The notes beneath the pieces were generated by a model. The model was given only the letters and a program-made list of their open reading frames with translations. It made no database searches and was not told the DNA's origin. A stretch of 64,000 nucleotides of DNA from a virus. Its lineage: Duplodnaviria > Caudoviricetes. The position numbers and the translations under genes were made by a program. The DNA is taken from the IMG/VR virus record IMGVR_UViG_3300011871_000002, positions 154,702 through 218,701 of that record; one strand, given 5' to 3'. Positions 38,423-48,910 of the stretch are shown piece after piece (position 1 is the first letter of the stretch; each line of letters begins with the position of its first letter).

Positions 38423-39070
38423 ATGAAAAAACAACCTTGTGTTTACTTTATCCACGATACCACTGAAAAAATGCTTTACGTAGGCAGTACGCAGTGCTTA
38501 TCTCTCAGAATGAATGATCACAGAAGCCAGCTAAAAAACCAGAAACACTCAAATCCTCGGCTTCAAGAAGCACACAATAAAGGAAATAATTTTCGCATAG
38601 AACATGTTAATCTACCGGAAGGCATAAATCCGATTGATGCCGAACAAGTAATAATTGATGCCTTTCAGGGCGCAGGAATTTTGTACAACTACGGCACGGA
38701 TGCTTACGCGCCCAGTCGAGGAAGAAAACACGATGAAAAGTCTATACTTAAACAAAGAGAAAGAGCTTTGGAACGTTGGGGTGATCCAGAGGAAAGGATG
38801 AAACAGAGTGAGAGAATGATGGGAAGAGAATTACCAGAAAGTACTAAAAAAGCTATCTCTGAGGGAAAGATAAAACACGCTATGAATCTTTCTCAAGAAG
38901 AGAAAAAACAAATGACCTCAAAGGCGCACGAAGGAGCTAGAAAGAAAGTAATAGCGGACGGTATAACTTACAATAGTATCGGAGATGCTGCAATAGCGCA
39001 CAGCATCTCCGGAAGTACTGTTACTCATCGAATTAATAGCCCGACATTTCCAAATTGGCTTTTTGCTTAA
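38423..39070 (+). mobile_element. Free-standing GIY-YIG homing endonuclease (NUMOD3 + HTH tail)
   Basis: CVYFI......YVGST..L..R...H...L....H.N..LQ...E.....YN; AT-rich; opposite strand to neighbours. Confidence 0.88.
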
Positions 39071-39198
39071 TCGTACGCACCACCTGCATCCCCCAACTTC
39101 TCTACCAGGTCTTCTGGCGTGACCACCTGGGTATTGCGCTGTACCCGAGCACTACAGTGCTCCAAGTGGTCTTCTAGTTTTTTTCGTTCATTGGCCAT
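39067..39198 (-). pseudogene. Orphaned original 5' end (43 codons) of gene 37619-38398
   Basis: MANERKKLEDHLEHCSARVQRNTQVVTPEDLVEKLGDAGGAYD* vs MYSEREKLEKHLEHCSARVQKNTTVVTPEDLVKQLGDAGG. Confidence 0.85.
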
Positions 39199-39210
39199 CA
39201 TCTTTCCTAG

Positions 39211-40767
39211 TTACATGTCCATTGCCCAGGCGTGGTCGTCCGTGGCTTCTTCTGATCCGAGCGGACTACCGCCAACACGGGTGAGCGTGCTGTCCGCTTT
39301 ACCAAAGTCGTCGCGCAAACCACCGATGGGGTGGAAGGCGAGCACCACATGATGGAATTCTTCCGGCAGTGGGATGTTCACGCGCTGCTTACCGCGCTGG
39401 ATGGTCAGATACGAGCGGCCATTGAACTTTTCGATGTGGATGAAGATCTCGCAATCGAATTCGTTGTCGAGCGATGCGCAACCTTTGTAGTAACCCTTGC
39501 CAACCATCTCCTTGACAAATCCGGTTTGCGAGACACGCAGGATGTTACGCTTGGCATCGGTCGAGATCTGGTGCGGGGTGATCAGGGTGATTTTACGGGT
39601 GTTGCAAAATTCACGCATGCGCGCGAACATGTCTTGCATGTCGCCACCGGCAACGCCACCACCGAAGCAACCGATGGCTGGGACCAGACCCAGATAGTCG
39701 AGGACGAGCGCATGGATTTCATAACCCATCGACTCGTACTTGATGACTTCATTACAGATGTCGCGGTACGTCATCTGCTTGGCCTTCATCCTGGCCATCT
39801 TGACGTTGTAGCCGTTGACCTTCATCTTGTCACGGACATACTCGGCAATTTGGCGCGGCGTCAAGTCCTGCATATTGGCGCGCTGACCCGTTTCGTTCTC
39901 GTACAGCGACATGTACAGGAACTCGTAGTTCTTCTCCAGCGTGTCTTCAAACGAGATGCGCAGAATGAGTGGCTTCTTCTCTGCGTTGAACATGAAGGGC
40001 TTGTTGTACAGCGCAATGTGCTTCATCAGGTTCAGCGTGAAACCCGTTTTGAAGTTGTGTTGCAGCGCTGCAATACACACAAGGTCGCCACGACGCATGC
40101 CACCTGAGAGCATGCGGTTCACGCCCTGCCAGCCAGTCTTGAGAAGCGACTCGCCGCTTTCTTCTTTCTGTACCTGTTCAGCAACGCGCGCCATGTCCTC
40201 GATATTGTCGAGGTCAATGCAGTCCACCATCGCCGGGTTCTTCGCATCGTCACCCGCTACGGTATAGGGATCGAGCTGGGCTTGCAGCTCTTGCAGGTAC
40301 TTGGACCAGTTGGTGATCTTGGTTGGTTCAAACTTGGCCGTGTAGGCGGCCTTTTGCAGAATTTCCTGTGACTTCTCAAACGAGAGAAAGTCGTTGAGTT
40401 TGCGTTCCAAGTTCCGGCAAGTGCGGTGCAAGGTTTTCTCATCGAGATCGACTTCGATACCATCACGCAGTGCTTCGTATGAGATGTTGTCTTCTCGTAC
40501 GTTCATGCGCAGCGTTTGCAGCACCTCCATGACTTCGTAACGGTGTTCTACTGGGTCATTGCACATCATCAGGGCGGTGTTCTTCAAGCCCTGGATAATG
40601 TCACGTTCGCCTTCAATACCCAAGCTAATCTCGGGCAGCTTGATACGTTCGAGGATATCGCGCACCAATTGGGATGATTTTTCTGCCACCATTACGTTTC
40701 CATCGTTGAGCTGGCTTTGGCGATACAGGAGAGTGATGCAGGTAACGAGGAGAAGTTTATTGTTCAT
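39211..40767 (-). CDS. DnaB-like replicative helicase (phiKZ gp118-like)
   Basis: KTGWQGVNRML.GG.RRG, ALQHNFKTG (deviant Walker A), ISFED, LDYL, ITPHQIS, IQRGK. Confidence 0.88.
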   Translation of the reverse strand: MNNKLLLVTCITLLYRQSQLNDGNVMVAEKSSQLVRDILERIKLPEISLGIEGERDIIQGLKNTALMMCNDPVEHRYEVMEVLQTLRMNVREDNISYEALRDGIEVDLDEKTLHRTCRNLERKLNDFLSFEKSQEILQKAAYTAKFEPTKITNWSKYLQELQAQLDPYTVAGDDAKNPAMVDCIDLDNIEDMARVAEQVQKEESGESLLKTGWQGVNRMLSGGMRRGDLVCIAALQHNFKTGFTLNLMKHIALYNKPFMFNAEKKPLILRISFEDTLEKNYEFLYMSLYENETGQRANMQDLTPRQIAEYVRDKMKVNGYNVKMARMKAKQMTYRDICNEVIKYESMGYEIHALVLDYLGLVPAIGCFGGGVAGGDMQDMFARMREFCNTRKITLITPHQISTDAKRNILRVSQTGFVKEMVGKGYYKGCASLDNEFDCEIFIHIEKFNGRSYLTIQRGKQRVNIPLPEEFHHVVLAFHPIGGLRDDFGKADSTLTRVGGSPLGSEEATDDHAWAMDM

Positions 40768-40914
40768 AGTAGCAATACTTTCGTTTTTCGTGTCGCTATT
40801 TATTGTAAGGCTGTCTGTGCGGCGTAGTCTTTTTTCTTTCTTTCTCTATGGCCGTTCATACATGGAGTATCCCGTTTTTTTAATTACTGCTTTTTACTTT
40901 TAGGGGGTTCTCAA

Positions 40915-41541
40915 GTGAGCATTGGGAATATCAAATCGAAGCTGCCCACGGTGGTTTTCATCCCGTACTGGATCGCGGAAGCGGTCCAACGGCAAAGTCT
41001 AGCGCTGAGTGACCTCGTGGACTACGAGAAGATTCGCCCAGCGCTCTCCATGCATGATATGGCCACATTCATGGCGATGCAGTACGAGCAAGCCACTCTG
41101 CTTTATGCCGGGCCTTTGGCTAACAAGAACCAAGCGGTCGTCATCGACGGCCTGCTCGAAGCGTGGTGTCACCTGACCCACACCTGGACGGTCGAGGCTG
41201 GCCGGGAATCGTCGCAGAAAACCCCGTCGGCAGATTTCTACAAAATCGCCCAGTACGCCCAAGACAGCTCTGTCAAAGGTGACGTGGAAGCAAGATTGTA
41301 TGGACAAGCTGTAAAGCTCGACCGTTACGACCATGCTTACGACGTGGTGCAGCTGGCCACCCAGGTGGTTGGTGTTGTCGTGTACCCTGGATACTTCAGT
41401 AAAGAGAACGTTGATCTGGCCTTGCAAGCCAAGCTGATCGATGACCTCGTGCGAGTATTCTATAGGAACGATGCGAAGTACCATGAAATCGCATCGACCG
41501 ATCTCTTCAAGAGACATCTTAAAGTATTATCTGCTGTGTAA
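40915..41541 (+). CDS. Conserved hypothetical protein upstream of capsid gene
   Basis: Position between helicase and MCP as in phiKZ-like phages. Confidence 0.65.
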   Translation: MSIGNIKSKLPTVVFIPYWIAEAVQRQSLALSDLVDYEKIRPALSMHDMATFMAMQYEQATLLYAGPLANKNQAVVIDGLLEAWCHLTHTWTVEAGRESSQKTPSADFYKIAQYAQDSSVKGDVEARLYGQAVKLDRYDHAYDVVQLATQVVGVVVYPGYFSKENVDLALQAKLIDDLVRVFYRNDAKYHEIASTDLFKRHLKVLSAV

Positions 41542-41611
41542 AGCTACGTAATACTTTGAGGCCCATGCCCCAAAAGCACATTTCCATTCACTTAGATGAG
41601 GTTTCTGAACC

Positions 41612-43804
41612 ATGTCGAAATACGCAAAACGCAATGTCGGTTCGCACACCGATGCTGACCAAGCCAACCTGGCCGGTCTGCACACCCTGACCAACAACAT
41701 CAAGGCAGCTACCAAGAACAAACCAGGCCAGGCCCTGATCGGCGCCGACATCACCAAGACCGTCGTGTCGATGGAAGGCTATTCCGAATCCGACGCTCAA
41801 GACATGGTCTCGGCCATGAAGGGCCTGGAATCGTCCATGGAATCGTTCCTGGTCGGCACCGGCCTGAACGTCACCGATACCCAGCGTGAAGCAGCCGTCT
41901 ACGGCGCCGCCCTGGCCGCCGATCCGGTCAGCACCCGTCGCTTCAGCGTCAACCGCAACCTGCCGGCCATGGAAGGTGTCGAGTACATCAGCCCGTCGGG
42001 CGCCGAGATGTTCTACGAAGCCCCGATGCGCAAGGCACTGGAATCGTACGACGAACGCGACAACCGCCACGTCACCACCTACTCGACCGTGTACAACATG
42101 GTCGCTTCGCGCCAAGGCCCGTTCGCCGAGATGTTCTTCCCGACCATCAACGTGGCGCCGGACCAAGTCGGCTTCGAAACCACCATCCGCATCAACAGCG
42201 TGATGTCGGAAGTGAAATCCTCGATCGACGGCGCGCCGTCCGTCTTCAACAAGAAGAGCCTGATCCAGGCAGCGATCGACCCGGACATCTTCACCCCGGA
42301 CCAGACCAAGGTCGTGCCGGTGTACCGTGACGAATCGAAAGCCAAGTTCGTCGCCGACACCCTGGTCACCCCGCACCCCGTCCTGGTCGACACCGAAAGC
42401 GTCATGACCAGCTTCCTGAAGATGGGCGTGAAGGTCGGCCTGCTGCCGATCAGCCAGACCGAAGCGCTGCTCAAGACCGGCACCATCGACTACAGCGATG
42501 CGCTGGACGTCTCGCTGACCCTGGACAAGATCCTGATCAAGCTGACCGGCCTCGTCGGCGGCGAAACCAAGACCGAAGCATTCGAGTTCTCGACCAAGCG
42601 CCTGCCGACCGCCGTGTTCACCCACGCGCTGCAAGGCCTGGACCGCCAGATGAACCTGGCGTTCAAGACCGAAGCCATCACCTTCAGCAAGAACACCAAG
42701 ACCGTCTCGGGCGCCGCATCGGAACTGCTGGCCGTGCTGGGCAACAACATCGCCCGCGTGAACGTCGGCGTGAGCGGCGAAGTCAACCTGCAAACCTCGG
42801 ACTGCGAACTGTGGGCACGCCCGGTGACCGCCTCGATCGTCCTGGACGAAGGCAAGCAGTCGCTGCCGCTGAACGCCGGCGTCGGCGCCACCATCTCGGC
42901 CCTGCTGAACACCGCAACCGTGGAAGGCTACGAAGTCGACGCACGTCGCGTGAACACCAACCAGCGTCAACGCGGCCAGCTGCTGGACACCGTGTACTAC
43001 AACCAGATCTACACGGTCCCGCTGCGCGCCCCGATGTCGATCCCGCGTCCGCGTACCTCGGGCGAAGAGAACGACGCTTCCGACCTGGCTGCGCTGATCA
43101 CCGCGACCCACCACAAGATCAACGCCGCCGCAGTGCAGACGCTGCTGGAAGCTGCTGATTTCCTGGAAGAGTACGTCAGCGACCGCGACAGCTTCGAAAC
43201 CGCGCCGGCAATCCTGGGCGTGGCGCGTCACCTGGTGACCGCATACTTCCGCCGGAAGGAAATCGACGTCACCACGATCGTCCAGTCGCTGACCTCGATG
43301 GACAAGCGCGAAAACATCTCGGCCGCGATCGTCAGCGTCCTGCGCGACTACATCTTCAACGCGATCCGTGATTCGGGCTGGCAGGCAGCTGCTGACTCGC
43401 TGGCTGGCGGTGACGGCGGCAAACCGCTGATCCTGATCGGTACCGACCCGGTGATCGCATCGTACCTGTGCACCACCGGCGACGGCCGCCTGCTGGGTAC
43501 CGAGTGGGACGTTCAGGTGGAAACCACCCTGAACAAGTACATGAAGGGTCGCCTGATCGTCTCCTTCGGCCAGAAGGGTTCGACCGGCAAGCACAACCCG
43601 ATGCACTTCGGCAACATGGCCTACCGTTCGGAACTGGCCCTGGTCCTGCCGACCCACCGCAACGGCCAGAACAGCAAGGAACTGATGGTGACCCCGTCGT
43701 ACCTGCACATCGTCAACCTGCCGATCATGATGGCCTTCACCGTCACCGGCCTGACCGAAGTCGCCACCGGCCAAGTGGCTGTTCCGACCAAAGAAGTCGT
43801 CTAA
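41612..43804 (+). CDS. Major capsid protein (phiKZ gp120-like)
   Basis: 730 aa, strong codon bias, ALE|SYDE processing site, RQGPFAEMFFPTI, IGTDPVIA, P.YLHIVNLP motifs; synteny. Confidence 0.92.
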   Translation: MSKYAKRNVGSHTDADQANLAGLHTLTNNIKAATKNKPGQALIGADITKTVVSMEGYSESDAQDMVSAMKGLESSMESFLVGTGLNVTDTQREAAVYGAALAADPVSTRRFSVNRNLPAMEGVEYISPSGAEMFYEAPMRKALESYDERDNRHVTTYSTVYNMVASRQGPFAEMFFPTINVAPDQVGFETTIRINSVMSEVKSSIDGAPSVFNKKSLIQAAIDPDIFTPDQTKVVPVYRDESKAKFVADTLVTPHPVLVDTESVMTSFLKMGVKVGLLPISQTEALLKTGTIDYSDALDVSLTLDKILIKLTGLVGGETKTEAFEFSTKRLPTAVFTHALQGLDRQMNLAFKTEAITFSKNTKTVSGAASELLAVLGNNIARVNVGVSGEVNLQTSDCELWARPVTASIVLDEGKQSLPLNAGVGATISALLNTATVEGYEVDARRVNTNQRQRGQLLDTVYYNQIYTVPLRAPMSIPRPRTSGEENDASDLAALITATHHKINAAAVQTLLEAADFLEEYVSDRDSFETAPAILGVARHLVTAYFRRKEIDVTTIVQSLTSMDKRENISAAIVSVLRDYIFNAIRDSGWQAAADSLAGGDGGKPLILIGTDPVIASYLCTTGDGRLLGTEWDVQVETTLNKYMKGRLIVSFGQKGSTGKHNPMHFGNMAYRSELALVLPTHRNGQNSKELMVTPSYLHIVNLPIMMAFTVTGLTEVATGQVAVPTKEVV

Positions 43805-43883
43805 CAGCGACTCTGGCTGTACTAGGTAAGGCCTGTCTCGTAAGAGGCGGGTCTTACTTACGTGATGTCAGCTTTTGGGGCTG

Positions 43884-43926
43884 CCCCTCACTCTCGGGTC
43901 ATACCGGGGGTGAGGGGTTTATGCCG
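43884..43926 (+). terminator. Hairpin terminator with TTTATGCCG
   Basis: cccctcactctcgg/ccgggggtgagggg then tttatgccg. Confidence 0.7.
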
Positions 43927-43947
43927 TAAAATCAAAATCAGCGCAAT

Positions 43948-43957
43948 CACATATTAC
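43948..43957 (+). promoter_or_regulatory. Putative early promoter (CACATATTAC) for the nvRNAP operon
   Basis: Repeated motif; consistent with early expression of non-virion RNAP. Confidence 0.7.
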
Positions 43958-44046
43958 AAACCTGAGCAGTATCAATCGTGATGCCGCTAGTTGAGCCTAG
44001 AGTTTGTAGGAAAAGCTTAGAAGGCCTTTATTTTCGAGAGCTTACT

Positions 44047-45204
44047 ATGGATAATCTTCACACCCCTATCCATGCGCATTTTGGAGTTCCGTCCATGGCT
44101 CCAGCAGGTGGCCTCGATACCCGAACGGCTAACACACCAATCGAGTATCGCACCACCTTCGGTAACAACTTGTCCGTGCCTGTCACGGTACACATGCGTA
44201 ATGGCCTGAAGTTTGTGGTACCACCCGATCCCACCATGGAACACAATACGTTTGTCGTGCGGGTACATATTCGCATTACTCCGCAAGCGTTCCAGAATGT
44301 GGTCCGTGCATTGCATGAGTTGTCTCACCACGACAGTAAACACGTCGAGGTACTCACCCGTGCGTTCAATGCAGCAACCAGCAACAATATGTGGAAAGGA
44401 GGCGAACTCACACTTGACTATGACTTGACCTTGGAGCAGTTGCGCCAGCTCGGAGGAACAGTCTACTTAAGTGATGTAGATTACGTAGTCTCGTTAGAAT
44501 CCATCGAGACCCCTATTTATCACCCCCATAGCGAGAAAGGAAGACTACAGCAAGTGGTTCTGGATAGCCCACTCCAGCATCCAGATATCCAGCGTGAAAC
44601 ACCACTGGGATTGGGATACTCGATCATCATGATCGACAACCAAGGCAAGAACGGTTCGCGTTACATCAACATCGGTAACACAGTGTACCGAATTGTGCCG
44701 CGCCGCGACTTTAGCAAGAAGGACGGAATTTATATTGTCTCGAATAATTCCATGAGTAGTAAGATGGGAGGCGGGGCGTTTGAGTCACGTTACTTCGAAC
44801 TAGAGAACGCCGAAGAGCGGTTAGGGTTATACCGGACACCGGACGAGGCTGAATATGGTGGTGACAAAACGATCGCCGCCAAAGAAGGTCTTGCGAAAGC
44901 GCAAGCAGAACTAGAGCAGCTCAAGGCGGAGCGCCAAAAGGCTGAAGAGAAGAACGGAATTGCCAAAGCAGCACTAGAGGCCCAGATTCGCGAACGCGAA
45001 GTGGAGCTGACCAAAGAGCGCGAGGCGATCGCCAAAGAACGCGCTGAACGTGAGCACCAAGAGAATGTGCGGCGCAAAGAGTTGGCGGACTATTACGAAC
45101 AGCGTTCCTACGAACGTAGGGACACAAGTGAAGGTCTGAAATTTTTACCAAGTCTCCTTATCGGTTTAGGAGCACTGTTTAGTGTTCTTAAGTTGAGTTC
45201 CTAA
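44047..45204 (+). CDS. Conserved phiKZ-like protein with C-terminal coiled coil and hydrophobic tail
   Basis: HPHS, DGIY motifs, EK-rich coiled coil, YYEQRSYERRDTSE; synteny after MCP. Confidence 0.75.
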   Translation: MDNLHTPIHAHFGVPSMAPAGGLDTRTANTPIEYRTTFGNNLSVPVTVHMRNGLKFVVPPDPTMEHNTFVVRVHIRITPQAFQNVVRALHELSHHDSKHVEVLTRAFNAATSNNMWKGGELTLDYDLTLEQLRQLGGTVYLSDVDYVVSLESIETPIYHPHSEKGRLQQVVLDSPLQHPDIQRETPLGLGYSIIMIDNQGKNGSRYINIGNTVYRIVPRRDFSKKDGIYIVSNNSMSSKMGGGAFESRYFELENAEERLGLYRTPDEAEYGGDKTIAAKEGLAKAQAELEQLKAERQKAEEKNGIAKAALEAQIREREVELTKEREAIAKERAEREHQENVRRKELADYYEQRSYERRDTSEGLKFLPSLLIGLGALFSVLKLSS

Positions 45205-45253
45205 CTACTCATTGGCATACTCAGTTGACAAGAACTTTAGAAAGGGAGAAACT

Positions 45254-46915
45254 GTGTTGGATTCCATGATCGATGACGAATTTTCACGCTTGGTGGACCA
45301 GTCCACCGTGAGGATCAATCCCTTGATCGGGGATGGCTTGGCCATGGTACACGTACCACAGGCGGCAACGTATATCGAAAAGGCATTCCTGTCGGTGAGT
45401 TCAGACTTCCCGGCCTGCGTGCGTTTCGGGGGCGGGGAACCGTGTGATCCGATGGATGAATTCATCGAGCAGACAAAACGGCGTCAGAACAAGGCCGGCA
45501 AGCAAGGTAGCCGGCGCAGTTACGATATCTCGACATCGAACCTGTACATGATGCGCTACAAGTTCTGGTATCGTGATGGTGGCCGGGAAACTGAACTCGA
45601 TTCGCGTTACATCTTCCTGCCCTATGTGGAAGACGCTGGCGTTATCACCATCAGTGGTAGCCGCTGGGTGATTTCCCCGGTCTTGATTGACCGGGTGATT
45701 TCGGTCGGGCTGTCGAACGTGTTCGTGCAGCTCAACAAGACTCGCCTGATCTTCAAACGCATGCCGCACCGCGTGATGATCGATGGTGGTGAAGAATCGG
45801 TCCAGGTGGTGTGGGCCAAGGTGCACCAAGGTAATCGTACCCACAAAACATCGCGGGCAGTGACGACCATGATGCATTACTTGCTGTGCAAGTATGGTTT
45901 CAGTGAAACCTTCTCGCGCTTCGGTAACTGCCATCCGGTGGTCTTGAAGGACGATACCGACATGACCATGTTCCCGAGCGAAGAATGGGCAATCGTGCAA
46001 AGTAGTGCGATCAAGCTGAAGAAGGCTGGCCGGGCGCACTACGAGCGTTCCAACGTGCGCTTGGCTATCCCGCGTTCCCAGATGACCCAAAAGGTGGTCT
46101 CGATGTTGGGTGGCCTGTTCTACGTGATCGACCACTTCCCGCTGCGTGCCATGGCCGAGAGCATGAACTCGAAGCGGATGTGGATGATTCTCCTGGGCGA
46201 ACTCATTCCGGGCGAATCGGATCACGCTGGCGTCTTGTTCGAGGAAGCTGAAAAGCACTTGCGTTCGCTCGACAAGTACATCGACATGCTGACCGATGAG
46301 CGGCTCAAGAATATCGGCATGCCGGTCGAAAACATTTACGAGTTGTTCTCGATCATCATCGGGAAATACAACGAGTGGCTGCTCTCGGGCTCGGAGCGGG
46401 TGGCCAGTATGTACGACAAGGAGTTTAGCATCTTGCCGTTCGTGCTGTACAACATCGTTTCGGCCATTAACAACCTGTACTTCCGCCTGAAGGCCGCTGA
46501 AGAGAAAGCCTTGAAGGCAGGTAAGAAACTGACGCCGGAGAATATCAACGGCATCACGTTCGACCTGCTCAAGACGGGCCTCATCTTCAACATCAACAAG
46601 GGTCACGGCGAAGTGTCCACCATTAGCTGCCCTGGTGACAACAAGGCATTCAAGACAACTGCGGTGCTGGTCTCGCAAACCAACTCCAACAACCAGTCGT
46701 CGAGTCGTGATCGGGCCGGGACCAAAGACCCGCAGCGCTTCTTGCATTCGAGTATTGCAGAAGTCGGCGGTGCATGGAACCTGCCCAAGAGCGATCCTTA
46801 CGGTAAAGCTCGTGTCAACCCAACGGTGAAGATGGATGCCAACTGGGTGGTCGAAAGAAGGCCTGAATTCATCGACCTGCTGGACGATATCCAGAACAAG
46901 ATCCGTCGTCGTTAA
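45254..46915 (+). CDS. Non-virion RNA polymerase beta-like subunit (phiKZ gp123-like)
   Basis: IFLPYV..AG.I.ISGS.W.ISPVL.D.VIS; H.S..EVG....LPKS.P.G..R.NP; synteny. Confidence 0.85.
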   Translation: MLDSMIDDEFSRLVDQSTVRINPLIGDGLAMVHVPQAATYIEKAFLSVSSDFPACVRFGGGEPCDPMDEFIEQTKRRQNKAGKQGSRRSYDISTSNLYMMRYKFWYRDGGRETELDSRYIFLPYVEDAGVITISGSRWVISPVLIDRVISVGLSNVFVQLNKTRLIFKRMPHRVMIDGGEESVQVVWAKVHQGNRTHKTSRAVTTMMHYLLCKYGFSETFSRFGNCHPVVLKDDTDMTMFPSEEWAIVQSSAIKLKKAGRAHYERSNVRLAIPRSQMTQKVVSMLGGLFYVIDHFPLRAMAESMNSKRMWMILLGELIPGESDHAGVLFEEAEKHLRSLDKYIDMLTDERLKNIGMPVENIYELFSIIIGKYNEWLLSGSERVASMYDKEFSILPFVLYNIVSAINNLYFRLKAAEEKALKAGKKLTPENINGITFDLLKTGLIFNINKGHGEVSTISCPGDNKAFKTTAVLVSQTNSNNQSSSRDRAGTKDPQRFLHSSIAEVGGAWNLPKSDPYGKARVNPTVKMDANWVVERRPEFIDLLDDIQNKIRRR

Positions 46916-46941
46916 TTAAACCAAGAAAGAGGAAAAAGACT

Positions 46942-48837
46942 ATGTTTAATCAAAACCAAGGACTGCCTGTTGACCCGTTCAAACAGCAGTTCCAGTTCAT
47001 GAACGTCAACCCGAACATGCCGCCCTACGTGCCGAGCATTGTGGCGCCGGCACAGTCGGTACAGCAGTACATGGCGTACATCTCGGGTATCCTGGCCATC
47101 AAGGTCCAGCAAAACGCCCAGCAGAACCCGCTGCGCATGTTCCTGTTCAACATGGCTGCGCAAAACGGCTTCCAGAACCAGTACTTCGATTCGATGGCGA
47201 TCATGGCTATTCGCCTGACCGCGTATGTGATGGCGGTGCAGCGCGCCAATATCGAATCGGCCGCTGACAGCGCATGCAGCACCATCTGCGACTACTACGC
47301 GGCGGCCAACGTGCGCAGCTGGCCGGCACTGGACAAGTTGATCGACGACCAGGGTGTCCGCAACGGCGTGTACCAGACGGTGCAGGAATTCGATGCAGTC
47401 ACTGCTGAACTGGATCGCTTCAACACACCTGCAAATACCGGTATGGGCATGGGTGGTGGCGCCATCAGCTGGTCGGGCAACAGTGGTGGCAGCAGCTTCA
47501 CGGGTGGCTCGTCCTATGCCAGCGGCGTGACTACCGGCAGTACGCCCGCCAGCAGCTTCTCGACGGCGCTGACCTCCCATACCGGCACCAATGCTGGTAC
47601 GATGTCGCAATGGGGCGCGGCTGCCATGGCGGAGCAGCAAGCCGCGCCAGTGGCGACTGTCGAGCAAGCAGCACCGAAGGCAGAACCCGTGCAGGAAACG
47701 CTGCCAGCACACACCTTCAACTGGCGCCCGAACCTGCTGACCGAGCCGTACTTCTACGCGTACAACCCGAGCGAATGGGATGCACGCCTCATGGTCCAGG
47801 CCGACGGCACCACCACCCCAGACTACCACCGGATCGACAACACCGCCATGGAATACGACAAACACCGCACCCCTTCCGCACTCGGCAAACTGCCGTCCTT
47901 CCTCGACCTGTCCAGCGCCGCCAAAACCATGGAACGCATCGGCGCCGGCATCGCGCAACTGAACGGCGAACTGATCGAAGACGACGTCAATGAAAACGTC
48001 ACCACCGTCAAGACCACCGTCTGCGATGAATGGCTGATGGCCAACAGCGAAGCCGGTGCGTGGATGCAGGCCAGCCTCAAGCGCCTGCAACTGACGCCAG
48101 GTGACGATGGCCTGCCGGGCGTGTATCGTGTCTATACGCGTGTCGTCGACGCTGTGCTGACCGACAACGACGAAACGCTCAACATGGACATGCTGCTCAA
48201 GTGCAAGTCCTTCACGGGCCTGCGTGAACGCATGCATGGCCTGGGTGGTGAGCTGTCGATGGCCCTGTTCAACGCCATCAACGAACGCATGACGAATCTC
48301 ATCAATCGCAAGATCCAGATGGAACTCGGCCTGCGCAAGGTGACGATCGACAGCTTCTACGACGACATCGGCGACACCATCGACTACTTCGACAAGACCA
48401 AGCAGTACGGTCCGGTGATCAAGTCGGCATTTCTGAAGAACCAGGAATTCGACATCGCCGTCACGCTCCAGCAGCTGAGCAAGGAAACGGCGGCAGCCGA
48501 AGCCGATGTGATCCTGGCAGGCATGAAGTTCACGGACAGCAACCGTCCCAACATTTCCTTCCTGTCGACCAACTATAGCCTGACCTACCTCGACTGCCTG
48601 TCGTGGGAACTGAACGTCGAGTTCGGTGGCGACATTCCGGTCAAGCTGGCGATGGAAACCGTGCCGATGTTCTACCACCTGGTCAAGGCTGCCTTCGAGG
48701 ACGCCGACAACCTCGCGTCGAAGTCGCGTACGCTGGCGATCGGCCGCGTCATGATGCGCACCAAGGATGGCCGGGTGTTCGAGTGCACCCGCGGTGCGCT
48801 GGCTGACGAAGCCTACCTGATCACCCTGGTCAAGTAA
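46942..48837 (+). CDS. Conserved phiKZ-like hypothetical protein
   Basis: 631 aa with Gly/Ser linker, MEYDKH and DSFYDD motifs; follows the nvRNAP subunit. Confidence 0.75.
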   Translation: MFNQNQGLPVDPFKQQFQFMNVNPNMPPYVPSIVAPAQSVQQYMAYISGILAIKVQQNAQQNPLRMFLFNMAAQNGFQNQYFDSMAIMAIRLTAYVMAVQRANIESAADSACSTICDYYAAANVRSWPALDKLIDDQGVRNGVYQTVQEFDAVTAELDRFNTPANTGMGMGGGAISWSGNSGGSSFTGGSSYASGVTTGSTPASSFSTALTSHTGTNAGTMSQWGAAAMAEQQAAPVATVEQAAPKAEPVQETLPAHTFNWRPNLLTEPYFYAYNPSEWDARLMVQADGTTTPDYHRIDNTAMEYDKHRTPSALGKLPSFLDLSSAAKTMERIGAGIAQLNGELIEDDVNENVTTVKTTVCDEWLMANSEAGAWMQASLKRLQLTPGDDGLPGVYRVYTRVVDAVLTDNDETLNMDMLLKCKSFTGLRERMHGLGGELSMALFNAINERMTNLINRKIQMELGLRKVTIDSFYDDIGDTIDYFDKTKQYGPVIKSAFLKNQEFDIAVTLQQLSKETAAAEADVILAGMKFTDSNRPNISFLSTNYSLTYLDCLSWELNVEFGGDIPVKLAMETVPMFYHLVKAAFEDADNLASKSRTLAIGRVMMRTKDGRVFECTRGALADEAYLITLVK

Positions 48838-48910
48838 CATCTGGGCGGTTCGGCATAAAGAGAGGGGATTACTCCCCTCTCTTTTTTTCGTTTATTCCGA
48901 GGAGAAAGAA

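Noticed and set aside
41588-43774. 728-aa antisense ORF over the capsid gene (likewise 46912-48840 and 45401-46747)
   Set aside because: Shadow ORFs caused by strong codon bias of the sense genes; no RBS or recognisable motifs
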